The notes beneath the pieces are model-generated. The model did no database searches, was not told the origin of the DNA, and saw nothing but the letters and a program-made list of their open reading frames with translations. Shown piece after piece: positions 32,517 to 43,108 of a stretch of DNA of 64,000 nt; the first letter of the stretch is position 1, and each line of letters begins with the position of its first letter. Source of the DNA: an uncultured Gammaproteobacteria bacterium (GTDB taxonomy: Bacteria > Pseudomonadota > Gammaproteobacteria > Steroidobacterales > Rariloculaceae); NCBI GenBank assembly GCA_963841645.1, contig CAWJDS010000018.1, forward strand, positions 68,881 through 132,880, read 5' to 3'. Position numbers and translations under genes: made by a program.

Positions 32517-33777
32517 ATGAGCACGCAGCACCTTTGGCTGCCGTACAGCCAGATGCAGACTGCGCCCGAGCCGCTGCTCGTCGAGCGGACGGATGGCGTG
32601 CGGCTGTACCTTGCGGACGGCCGCTCTTTGATCGACGGCATCGCGTCGTGGTGGACGGCGTGTCACGGCTACAACCACCCGCACATCCGCGCGGCGGTGC
32701 AGGCGCAGCTCGAGCGCATGCCGCACGTGATGCTCGGCGGCCTCGCGCACGCGCCCGCGCTCACGCTCGCGCGCCGGCTCGCGGACCTCCTACCCGGCGA
32801 GCTCGAGCACGTCTTCTTCACGGAGTCGGGGTCGGTCGCCGTGGAGGTCGCGATGAAGATCGCGCTCCAGTTCCGCTTCAATCGCGGCGAGCGCGCGCGA
32901 ACCCGCTTCGTCGCCTTCGAGCACGCGTATCACGGCGACACGCTGGCCGCGATGTCGGTTTGCGATCCGGAGGAGGGGATGCATCGCCTGTTCGGCGAAG
33001 TGCTCGCTCGGCAGGTCATCGCGCCGCTACCGGTCGACCGCGAGAGCGCGTCGCGTTTCGAGCAGCATGGTCGCCGCGCACGCGTCCGAGCTGACGGCGA
33101 TCATCGTGGAGCCGCTCGTGCAGGCAGCCGGCGGAATGAAGTTCCACTCGCCCGAGACGCTTGCGCAGATTGCTGCCGTCGCACGACGCCACGATCTACT
33201 ACTGATCCTCGACGAGATCGCGACGGGGTTCGGCCGCACCGGCACGTTGTTCGCGTGCGAGCAAGCGGGCGTCGTGCCTGACCTGATCACGCTGTCGAAG
33301 GCGCTCACGGGCGGCACGCTGCCGCTCGCGGCGACGGTCGCGTCGACGCGCGTCTACGGCGCTTTCTTGAGCGACGATCCCGCGCTCGCGTTGATGCACG
33401 GGCCGACGTTTGCGGGCAATCCGCTCGCCTGCGCGGCCGCCAACGCGTCGCTCGATTTGTTCGAGCGTGAACCGCGTCTCAAGCAAGCCGCCGCGATCGG
33501 CGCGCAGCTTCGCGACGGGCTCGAGCGAGCCCGCGGTCTCCCGGGCGTTCGCGACGTGCGTGTGCTCGGCGCGATCGGCGTCGTGCAGCTTCAGCGCGCG
33601 CCGGCCCGGCTCGACGCGCTAAGGCGCCGGTTCGTCGACCACGGCGTTTGGATCCGACCGTTCGGCGACGTCATCTATTTGATGCCGCCGCTCACGATCG
33701 ATCAGGGCGATCTCGCAACGCTTGTGACGGCAATCCCGCGCGTCATCGAACTATCTCGGGCGGCTAACGAGTTCTGA
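32517..33777 (+). CDS. bioA: adenosylmethionine-8-amino-7-oxononanoate aminotransferase; one +1 frame break near 33065
   Basis: HLWLPYSQM, SWWTACHGYNHP, FFTESGSVAVEVAMK, ILDEIATGFGRTG, ITLSKALTGG (PLP lysine), HGPTFAGNPLACAAA. Confidence 0.9.
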
Positions 33778-33989
33778 GACGTACGCACAGGCGAGCCTCG
33801 CCGATGCGCCATATTATGGAATGCACTCGCCTCCGCACCATTTCGGAGCGATGATGCGCGCGCCGAGGGTGCGCTGGAACGGGGTACTCAGCGAACCGCG
33901 CCGTGGCACAGGGCTCTTGGGCGGCCGCTGATTGCCGAGCTTCGGGACAGCTCGGGTTGCGCGCGGATCGAAATTTGGGAGACACCGTT

Positions 33990-36453
33990 ATGCACGAGCG
34001 TAATCGACACATTGCTCATCGGCGCCGGAGCTCGATGTTGCGCCGCACACCGCTCGCGGCCGCCGTGTCGGCCGTGCTCGCGGCCACGGCCCTGCCGACC
34101 ATCGCGCTCGCGCAGGACGATCAAGGAGCGGCCGTCGAGGAAATCGTCGTGACCGCCACGCGGCGCGAGCAGAACATCCAAGACATCCCGATCAACATTG
34201 CGAGCTTCGACGGCAATGCGCTCGAAACCCGCGCGATCACGGATCTCGCCGTGCTCGGCCGAAACGTGCCGGGGCTCTACGTTGTCGATCAGGGCAAGCG
34301 ATCGGCGAACCAGATCGTCGTGCGCGGCTTGAGTCTCACGACGGTCGACAAGCCGGATCTCATCGGCAACAACGGCGGCAATGTCGTCTCTACCTATGTC
34401 GGCGACATCCCGCTCTACGTCGATCTCGCGCTGAACGACATGCAGCGCGTCGAAGTGTTGCTCGGGCCGCAGGGCACGTTGTACGGCTCCGGTACGCTCG
34501 GCGGCGCGATCCGCTACTTGCCGAACCGCCCACAGCTCGAGCAGAGCGAATTCGAGTTCCGCGCGAGCACGTTCGATCTCGCGGAAAGCGACACCTTCGG
34601 CTATCGCAGCGGCGTGACGGCGAACGTGCCGATCGGCGACAAGCTCGCGCTGCGCGTCAATGCCGACTACTACAACGATCCGGGCTTCATCGACAGCCCG
34701 TATCTCGTGCGCCAGGTCGGCGTGTCCGACCCAGAGCCGAATCTCGCCGATCCGGCCGCCGTGGCCGCGAATCTGTATCGGAAGAACGATACGAACACGG
34801 AGGAGACGGACTCGGCGCGGGTGGCTTTGCGCTGGCGCCCGACCGACGCGATCGACGCGAATCTCTCCTACTACTACCAAGACATGGATATCGGCGGCCG
34901 CACGGAGAACCACGTGCGTCGCGTTCGGCACCGGCAAGTACCAGGAAGCGAACCGCGTGCTCGAGCCGAACGAGCGCACGAACAAGCTTGCCGCGCTCGA
35001 GATCAACGCCGACCTCGGCTTCGCGACGCTCACGTCGGCGACGGGCTACTCCACGTTACAACGAGGTCGGCCAGCGCGACCAGACCGACTTGCTGATCAC
35101 TCTCGAGTACGGCTACGAGGCGTTCCCGAGCTTCACCGCGTACACGCACGACACGCAGCAGGACCGCAATTTCAGCCAGGAGCTGCGGCTCGTTTCGAAC
35201 AGCAAGGGACCGCTGAACTGGATCGGCGGCCTGTTCTATTACTCGCGGAACCTGCGCAAGCTCAGCGAGGAGTTCACGCCGCACTACGACGAGTTCAACG
35301 GCTTCTCTCGGCCCGACTCGCTCGAGTACATCAGCTACGAGGAGGACGACCTCACCGAGAAGGCCGCGTTCGGCGAAATCGGCTACGACATCACGGACAA
35401 ATGGCAGGTCACGGTCGGCGGGCGTTGGTACAAGTACGACCTGTCGATCGACAGCGACTACGACACTCCTCTGTTCAACACGGCATTCGGCGCCCCGCCC
35501 GATGCGATCACCTTCAGGCATTCGCACGATGCGCAGAGCGACAGCGGCTCGCTGTACAAGATCAACACGTCGTATCACTTCACGAACGATTTGATGGGCT
35601 ACGTCACCATCAGCGAAGGGTTTTCGGATCGGCGGATCGAACGGCATTGCTGCGTGCACGGCGGACGATCTCGCGAGCGGCGCCCAGGTGCGTCTGCGCG
35701 CTGCCCGACGAGGTCCAGTACTTCCCCGACACGACGACGAACTACGAGGCTCGGCGTCCGGAGCCAATGGCTCGACCGGCGGCTCACGTTCAACGGCGCG
35801 CTCTATTACATCGACTGGAAGGACCCGCAGCTCGCCACGCTCACCGAGAACGGCGCGCTGCCGATCGTCACGAACGGCGACGGTGCTCGGAGCAAGGGCA
35901 TCGAGCTCTCGCTGAGTGCGAGGGTTACGCCGCGGATGACGGTGGGTGCTAGCTACTCGCACACGACGGCCGAGCTCTCCGCCGTGGCGCCTCGATGCTG
36001 CGCGGGTCTAGACGCCGCCGGGCTTCGCTCCGACCGGGACTCGTAGACGGCCAACCGGGCGATCGCCTGCCGGGCTCGCCGCAGGACCAGGGGACGCTCA
36101 CGTTCGGCTACAACTTGCCGCTAAGCGCCGGCCGCAACATCGACTTCAACTACGGCGTCTCGGCGATCGGCGACGTGATCACGACGATCGGCGAGCGCGC
36201 GGGCGGGCAACATCTCGGCGGCTACGCGGTGCACACCGCGTCTGCGATTCTGCACGGCAATCGCTGGACGGCCGGCGTGTATGGGCAGAACCTGCTGAAC
36301 AAGTTCGCGATCACTGGCGTGCGTTCGCGGCAGGCGTTCGTGCAGACGGTTACCGACATCAACGGCGATCCCGTGCACGTGCGCGCCTACGCCGAAGAGA
36401 TGCTCCGACCGCGCGAAATCGGCCTGAAGTTCACCTACTCGCTCGGCGAGTGA
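33990..36453 (+). CDS. TonB-dependent receptor; at least ~7 frame breaks
   Basis: Signal peptide. TonB-box/plug IVVTATRREQNIQDIPINIASF, VEVLLGPQGTLYGSGTLGGAI. Barrel strands. C-terminal IGLKFTYSLGE. The alternative start is 34035. Confidence 0.85.
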
Positions 36454-36474
36454 CGTCGGCTATGATTCGGGGGC

Positions 36475-38059
36475 ATGACCGCTAGCGGGATTGCCCCCGA
36501 CCTCTCTGCGCTCCAACGCGAAGCCGAGCTCGCCTTCGATCGACGCGACTTCAAGCGCGCGCACGAGATCTGCATCGAAATTCTCAGCAGCGGATCCGAG
36601 CCGCGCCGCCGCGCTTTTTTTGCTCGCGATGATCGCGGCCGAGCACGGCAACTTCGGCAAGGCGCTCGAGGTGATCGATCTCGCGCTCGCGCGCGACGCG
36701 ACGAAACCCGAGTATTACGCGCAGCGCGGCCGCTGTCTGATCGCGTTGCACCGGCCCCGCGACGCGTTCGAGTCTGTACAGCGCGCACTTGCGCTCGAGC
36801 CGCAGGCTGCGCTCACGCTCGACACGATCGGCGTCGTGCTCACGCGTGCGGGCGCGCACGCCGAGGCGCTCGAGCCGTTTCGACGCGCGGTCGCGCGCGA
36901 CTCGGGCAAGGCGCAGTACCACTACAACCTCGGCGCGTCGGAGCAGTTCGTCGGCGATTTCGCACGCGCGGCGGAGGCCTATCGCCGCGCGCTCGAGATC
37001 GATCCAAAGCACCATCGCGCGTGGTCGGCGCTCGCCCAGGTCTCGAAGGCGTCGTTCACGACCGAGGAGATCGCGGAGATCGAGCGCCAGCTCGCGGCGG
37101 AGCCCAAGCGAGGACGCTGAGCTGCATCTCAATCACGCGCTCGCGAAACAGGCCGAGGACCTCGGCCGCTACGCGGATGCGTTTCGCTATCTCGAGCGCG
37201 GCAAGCGGCGCAAGCGCGCTGCGCACGCGCGATCGTTTGCCGCGCACGAGGCGCTGTTCGACGCCGCGGCGCGGACCGCGCCACTGCGGCGGACGGGCGC
37301 GGCTTCGATTCCGCGGAGCCGATCTTCATCGTCGGCATGCCGCGCACGGGCACGACGCTCGTCGAGCGCATCCTGTCCAGCCATCCGGCCGTGTTCTCGG
37401 CCGGCGAGCTCACGAATTTCTCGCTCGCGGTGAAGCGCGCTACGGGGACGCCGTCCAATCGCGTGCTCGACGCCGAGACGCTCGTGGCGGCCGCGAGCGT
37501 CGATCCTCGCGCGCTCGGCGCGGCGTATGTCGACAGCACGCGGCCGAGAACGGGCCATACGCCGCGCTTCGTCGACAAGATGCCGCTGAATTTCTTCTAC
37601 GTGGCGCTGATTCACCGCGCGCTGCCGAACGCGAGGATCATTTGCCTGCGGCGCAACGCGCTCGACGCGTGCTTGAGCAACTATCGGCAGCTCTTCTCGA
37701 CCGCGTTCGCGTACTACGACTACGCGTTCGATCTGCTCGACACGGGCCGCTACTACGTGCGCTTCGACGCGCTAGCTCGCCTCTGGCGCGCCACCATCCC
37801 CGAGTCGAGCTACACCGAGGTCCGCTACGAAGACATCGTCGAGCACACCGAGCGCGAAGCCCGCCGCCTGCTCGCCTTCTGCGACCTAGACTGGGACCCT
37901 CGCTGCCTCGCGTTCGCCGACAACGCAGCGCCCGTCGCAACCGCTAGCTCGGTGCAGGTGCGCCAGCCGATCTACCGCACCGCCCTCGCTCGCTGGCGCC
38001 ACTACGAGAAGGAAATTGAGCCGTTACGTCGCCTGCTAGCTGACGGCGGCGTGCTCTGA
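36475..38059 (+). CDS. TPR-repeat / sulfotransferase fusion protein; about three frame breaks
   Basis: TPR units (ALEVIDLALARDATKPEYY, AFESVQRALALEPQAA, AAEAYRRALEIDPKHHRAW). Then a sulfotransferase PAPS loop (IFIVGMPRTGTTLVERIL) and RFVDKMPLNFFYV...ICLRRNALDAC. Confidence 0.8.
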
Positions 38060-38395
38060 GCGCCAGCCTAGCGCGGTTCTTCCAGCGGCGCCTCGGCAAA
38101 AGCTATTAATTTCAACTGCTTGCAGAGCGCGCAAACCGACAGCGGCTCGCAATCGAAGATCGATACGTCCTAGATTCCGCGGTTCTCGCGGGAGGTTAGG
38201 GGGGCTAATGAGCTCCGAGGCGCCTCCAGATGCGTCGGTCGGCGCATTTGAAAATGATGCGGGGCACTCGCTTCCGGACCGTTTCGGAGCGATTATCCGC
38301 ACGTAACGAGTTAACAAAAGTTGGTTGTATTCCTGGGAAAATCGACTAGAAACAAAAACTTTAGCGTTGCCAATCAGCACTGGGGAGGCATCAAC

Positions 38396-41300
38396 GTGAA
38401 CAAGAAGCCACTAACCGGTCTTATTGTGTCGATAGTGACGGATTGCGCGACCGTCTGTCGCGCCTTGGCCCTCGCCTGCATCCTGCTCCCGGCCCTCTCC
38501 TGGGCCCAGGGACAGCAGCCTCAAGCGCCTGTCGAGCAAATCGTCGTCACGGGCACGCGCTTGCCTAACCCGAACCTGATCAGTACGAGCCCGATTCAGG
38601 TCGTCAATGCCCAAGAGATCTCGATCTCGGGCAAGAACGACATCGGCGACCTCCTTCTGACGCTACCTCAGGCGTTCACCAACGACCTCGGTCAGGATCT
38701 CGGCAACAAGACGAGCGGCTTGACCACGGCCGGCGGTGTGTCGACGGCCGACCTGCGTGGACTCGGGCCGAATCGGACACTCGTGCTCGTGAACGGCCGG
38801 CGGCTCGGCACCGGCTCTCCCTACACGATCATCCAGTCGCCTGCGCCGGACCTCGATCAGATTCCGCCGCGGCTGATCGAGCGCTTGGAGGTGGTCACGG
38901 GCGGTGCCTCGGCCGTCTACGGTGCCGATGCCGTCGCCGGCGTCGTCAACTTCATCACGAAAAAGAACTACGAGGGCATCGAGTTCGAGGTGTCGTCGGG
39001 ATTCAACTGGCACGACAACGACAGCGCGCTGCCGCAGTCCCTCGCCACAGACGCGGGCTTCACGCCGCGGACCGGCGACATCACTGATGGACACAACTAC
39101 AGTTACAGCTTGATCGGCGGTGCGAACAGCGCCGACGGCCGCGGCAATTTCACCGTCTACCTCGGCTACCAAACGCAAGACGGCGTCAGGTCCGGTAATC
39201 GCGACTACGGTTCCGGTCAGCTGTTCACGGATAGCGACGCGAACAACGTACCGACGGGCGACGTCTTCATGAGCGGATCGGGGAACTCGAATCGGTTTAC
39301 GCCGGTAGGCGGCACCGGCGCGGGCAAAGCCTGGAGCGTGCTCGGAAACCAATTCATACCGCGTGGGAGCGCCGCTACGACGCCGCCGGCGGTCTTCAAC
39401 TCGCAGCAGTACATCTTCATGACCCGGGAGTACAACCGATACAACGCCGGCCTGCTCGGGCACTACGACCTCAACGACAACGTGCAGCCGTATGTGGAAT
39501 TCGGCTTCATGAACGACAGGAGCCATCAGGAGATCGCGCCGTCGGCTCTGTTCGAGAACAGCAATCCGCTCACGGCCGACAACAAATATCTGATCAACTG
39601 CACCAACCCGCTGCTGAGTGCGCAGGAGCAGAGCACCATCTGCACACCCGCACAGATCGCTGCCGATACGGCGACCCCGGGATCGCCGGCGGGGTCGGCG
39701 AGCGTGAACATCGGCCGCCGCAACATCGAGGGCGGCGGACGCACGTCCGACTACGAGCACACGAACTATCGCGGCGTCGCGGGCGTCAGGGGCGAGATCG
39801 GCCCCGCGTGGCGCTACGACGCGTACGGCCAGTACTACTACGTGCAGTTCTACAACACCAACAACCGCTACCTGAATTTCGCGCGGATCACGAACGCGCT
39901 CCAGGTCAAGACCGGCGCGGGCGGGGTTCCCGAGTGCATCAGCGGCCCGCCGTGCGTTCCCTACAACATCTTTGCCGACGGCGGCGTGACGCAGAACGCC
40001 CTCAGCTATCTCTACACGGACGGCACGGGCTACGGCACGGACACGCTGCGCACGGTGCACGCCGATTTCACGGGCGACCTCGGCGAGTACGGCGTGAAGA
40101 TCCCGAGCGCGACACAGGGGCTGTCGATCAACGTTGGCTACGAGACTCGAGACGAACATCAGAGCTTCAAGCCGGACGAGGCCGAGCAGAGCGGCCTGCT
40201 CTCCGGATTCGGTGGCGCCGCGGTGGCCATCGACGAGTCCATCGATGTCAAAGAGTACTTCGCCGAAGTACGCGTTCCGATCATCCAAGAAAAGAAGGGA
40301 GCACAGGATCTGAGCATCGACGCCGGGTACCGCACGTCGGATTACTCGACGAGCGGCACGGCGGACACCTGGAAGTTCGAGGTTCAGTACGCGCCGGTCA
40401 ACAGCGCACGGCTGCGGGCGTCCGTGAACAGGGCGATCCGCGCGCCGAGCATCATCGAGCTCTTCAATCCGCAGAACGTCGGCAAGATCACGAGCGGCCC
40501 CGACCCGTGCGCCCCGACGCTCGATTCCAATAACAATCTCGTTCCCGCCAGCAGGACGTTGCAGCAATGTCTGCGCACCGTGAGCGCGAGTCAGGCCGCG
40601 GCGTTCACAGCCGCGTACGGCAATGGCGGCACGACCAACACGATTCCACAGGGCACGGCGAGTCAGCTGTCGCAGGTCCAAGGTGGGAATACAAACCTGA
40701 TACCGGAGACCGCGGACACGTACAGCCTCGGCGTCACGCTCACGCCCCAGCGGTTGAACCGATTCACGGCCAGCGTCGACTATTGGCACATCAAGATCGA
40801 CGATCTGGTCAATGTGATCCCGGCCAGCTTCATCCTCACGGGTTGCCCGGACACAGGAGACCCGGTGTTCTGCAGTCTGCTGTCCCGCCAGCCCCAAACC
40901 TTCACGCTGGACGGCGCGAGCGTGGCAACCGGCGGCTACATCATTCAGACGAGTCAGAACATCGCTTCCACGCAGACCAGTGGCATCGACGTGCAGGGCA
41001 ACTACCGGGTCGACTTTGACCGTCGCGGCTCGCTGAACTTCACGCTCGCGGCCTCTTACATGCTGAGCCAAGAGACCACGCCGTACCGCGGCTCGGGCAC
41101 CTACGACTGCACCGGTCTGTTCGGGTTCACGTGCCAGACGGTCAACCCGGTGTGGCGACACGTCTTCCGGGCGACGTGGCAAACGCCGTCGCGAGTGTCG
41201 GTAACGGGCAGTTGGCGCTATTTCGCCGAGGTGAAGGAAGACAACAACGATTCGCAGACGCTACTGCACAACTCGGTGTTCGCCGGTTACGACCCGTTCA

Positions 41301-41509
41301 ACGCGAAGATTGGCGCGCAAAACTACTTCGATGTCGCCGCGTCGTTCCAAGTGAAGAAAGTCGAGCTGCGAGGAGGCATCAACAACATCACGGACAAGAT
41401 TCCTCCGTTCCTGGGATCGGAGATCGTGAGCGGCGGTGCTGCGAACACGTATGGGACCTATGACATGTTCGGTCGCCAGTTGTTCTTTGCCGTCAACGTG
41501 AAGCTCTGA
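38396..41509 (+). CDS. TonB-dependent receptor (intact, lower GC than neighbours)
   Basis: GTG start 8 nt after GGGGAGG. Signal peptide. IVVTGTRLPNPN TonB box/plug. LEVVTGGASAVYGADAVAGVVNFI. 22-strand-size barrel. Terminal FFAVNVKL. Confidence 0.92.
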   Translation: MNKKPLTGLIVSIVTDCATVCRALALACILLPALSWAQGQQPQAPVEQIVVTGTRLPNPNLISTSPIQVVNAQEISISGKNDIGDLLLTLPQAFTNDLGQDLGNKTSGLTTAGGVSTADLRGLGPNRTLVLVNGRRLGTGSPYTIIQSPAPDLDQIPPRLIERLEVVTGGASAVYGADAVAGVVNFITKKNYEGIEFEVSSGFNWHDNDSALPQSLATDAGFTPRTGDITDGHNYSYSLIGGANSADGRGNFTVYLGYQTQDGVRSGNRDYGSGQLFTDSDANNVPTGDVFMSGSGNSNRFTPVGGTGAGKAWSVLGNQFIPRGSAATTPPAVFNSQQYIFMTREYNRYNAGLLGHYDLNDNVQPYVEFGFMNDRSHQEIAPSALFENSNPLTADNKYLINCTNPLLSAQEQSTICTPAQIAADTATPGSPAGSASVNIGRRNIEGGGRTSDYEHTNYRGVAGVRGEIGPAWRYDAYGQYYYVQFYNTNNRYLNFARITNALQVKTGAGGVPECISGPPCVPYNIFADGGVTQNALSYLYTDGTGYGTDTLRTVHADFTGDLGEYGVKIPSATQGLSINVGYETRDEHQSFKPDEAEQSGLLSGFGGAAVAIDESIDVKEYFAEVRVPIIQEKKGAQDLSIDAGYRTSDYSTSGTADTWKFEVQYAPVNSARLRASVNRAIRAPSIIELFNPQNVGKITSGPDPCAPTLDSNNNLVPASRTLQQCLRTVSASQAAAFTAAYGNGGTTNTIPQGTASQLSQVQGGNTNLIPETADTYSLGVTLTPQRLNRFTASVDYWHIKIDDLVNVIPASFILTGCPDTGDPVFCSLLSRQPQTFTLDGASVATGGYIIQTSQNIASTQTSGIDVQGNYRVDFDRRGSLNFTLAASYMLSQETTPYRGSGTYDCTGLFGFTCQTVNPVWRHVFRATWQTPSRVSVTGSWRYFAEVKEDNNDSQTLLHNSVFAGYDPFNAKIGAQNYFDVAASFQVKKVELRGGINNITDKIPPFLGSEIVSGGAANTYGTYDMFGRQLFFAVNVKL

Positions 41510-41537
41510 TCGTCTAGCCGCGGATCACCTCACGAGA

Positions 41538-41569
41538 GGGCTGGCGCTGAAGGGCGCCAGCCCTTTTTT
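41538..41569 (+). terminator. Rho-independent terminator after the TonB-dependent receptor
   Basis: Perfect 10-bp stem: GGGCTGGCGC (41538-47) and GCGCCAGCCC (41554-63). 6-nt loop, followed by TTTTTT (41564-69). Confidence 0.85.
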
Positions 41570-41629
41570 CGGGCGTCGCATCGCGCCGCCCGTTAGAGGC
41601 GTGTGAGCGGATCGCAGTCGGCCATCCGC

Positions 41630-41983
41630 TCAAGATCGGCCCGCGCGTCCGCTCTCGGCCCGATGTAGAGCGGCCAACGTCGGCAACTTCGCGTCGTCGA
41701 CGGCCGTGCCGAGGACTTGCCGGTAGCAACTCTTCGCCGCCATCGCCTCGGCGAGCGACCGCCGCTCGCCCACGTTGCATACCGATCGAGACGCCGCGCG
41801 CAAACGCGCGTACAACTCTTCCACTGCCGCGGGCGTATTGAGATCGAGATCGGCGTAACGTACCGTGACGTTCGCAATGTTCACGACACTCTCAACCGTT
41901 TCCGCAGCCACGCCGAGTGAACCGCACGTCAGTGCGCCCAACGCCACTACCGCGGGCGCGCATTTTGCGATGCTTCTGAACAT
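41630..41983 (-). CDS. UrcA-family secreted protein
   Basis: The last 117 codons of ORF 41630..42583 from ATG 41983. Signal peptide. VTVRYADLDLNTPAAVEELYARLRAASRSVC...AKSCYRQVLGTAV matches the UrcA pattern as I remember it. Confidence 0.7.
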   Translation of the reverse strand: MFRSIAKCAPAVVALGALTCGSLGVAAETVESVVNIANVTVRYADLDLNTPAAVEELYARLRAASRSVCNVGERRSLAEAMAAKSCYRQVLGTAVDDAKLPTLAALHRAESGRAGRS

Positions 41984-42125
41984 GATGCCTCCCGAAAGAT
42001 GCTGACTTCGACGTCCAGACCCGTCGTGCAAGGACTGGGTTTGGGCGCGCGTATTGTGCTCCGTAGCGCAGCGGCGGCAATTCGATTGTCTGAAGCATCG
42101 TTCAGTTGTTCTGAAGCGGGGAGAC

Positions 42126-43073
42126 ATGAAAAAAAAGACACAGAAGGAGAGACCTTCGGCGCGTTCCGCGCGCTTACCGTTGAATGCAGTCCGCGTGTTC
42201 GAAGCGGTCGCCGCCCAACGCAGCTTCAGCGCGGCGTCCGACGCGCTGCACGTCACGACGGCGGCGGTCAGCATGCAGATCAAGTCGCTCGAGCAATACC
42301 TGCAGGTGCGCTTGTTCCGCAGGAATCGACGCGACGTGCAGCTGACGGCCGAGGGCGAGTCGCTGCTGCCGTTCGTGCGCCGCGGCCTGGACGAGCTGGA
42401 GCTCGGCTTTCGTGCGGTCAAATCGGCGCGCGGCAGCGCGCTCGTCATCAGCGTGCTCGGTTCGTTCCTACAAAGGTGGTTGCTGCCGCGTCTCCCGGAT
42501 TTTCGGACAGCGCATCCGAAGATCGACTTGCAGATCCGCGCCTCGACGGCGATCGCCGATTTCGCGCGCGACGACGTGCACATCGCGATTCGCTTCGGCC
42601 GCGGTGGTTGGCCCCGACTTCATGCGGAACGGTTGATGGACGATTGGCTCGTGGCCGTCTGCACTCCGGAGCTGTTGAAACGCTACGGTCGTCTGCGCGG
42701 TCCCGGACACACGGGCGACTATCCTCTCGTGCACAGCTCGAGCGAGCCGTGGGCGATATGGCTCACGGGCAACGACGAGGACAAGGAGCTGTGGCCGATG
42801 ACGGGCACGGCTTTCGACGACTCGGTCGCCGTCGCGCACGCCGCCGAGCATGGACAAGGTCTCGCGCTCGTGCGCTGGTCTCTCGCCGCTGACCAGATTG
42901 CGGAAGGGCGAGTCGTGCTCGCGCATCCGCAAGCGCTGCGATTCGCTCGCAGCTACTACTTCGTCTGCCCCGAACCGTATCTGACGCTGCCGAAGGTCGC
43001 GGCGTTTCGCGACTGGATGCGCTCCGTTGCCGAGTCGTCTCCGAAGCCGCTTCGCTCGGAGCCCCGACCGTGA
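42126..43073 (+). CDS. LysR-family transcriptional regulator (GcvA-like)
   Basis: wHTH LPLNAVRVFEAVAAQRSFSAASDALHVTTAAVSMQIKSLEQYL plus a LysR substrate-binding domain. Start at the internal ATG (MKKKTQ). Confidence 0.9.
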   Translation: MKKKTQKERPSARSARLPLNAVRVFEAVAAQRSFSAASDALHVTTAAVSMQIKSLEQYLQVRLFRRNRRDVQLTAEGESLLPFVRRGLDELELGFRAVKSARGSALVISVLGSFLQRWLLPRLPDFRTAHPKIDLQIRASTAIADFARDDVHIAIRFGRGGWPRLHAERLMDDWLVAVCTPELLKRYGRLRGPGHTGDYPLVHSSSEPWAIWLTGNDEDKELWPMTGTAFDDSVAVAHAAEHGQGLALVRWSLAADQIAEGRVVLAHPQALRFARSYYFVCPEPYLTLPKVAAFRDWMRSVAESSPKPLRSEPRP

Positions 43074-43108
43074 ATAGGGCGTGCTCTGATCCGCCGGCCA
43101 GAACGCCG

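Noticed and set aside
33778-33989. Possible cobalamin or other riboswitch upstream of the first TonB-dependent receptor. Also a possible Fur box (GAAAATGAT at about 38252-38260) in the 38060-38395 leader of the second receptor.
   Set aside because: I could not find a convincing B12-box or the conserved riboswitch core. The Fur-like match covers only about half of the 19-bp consensus. Covariance-model or PWM scans would be needed.
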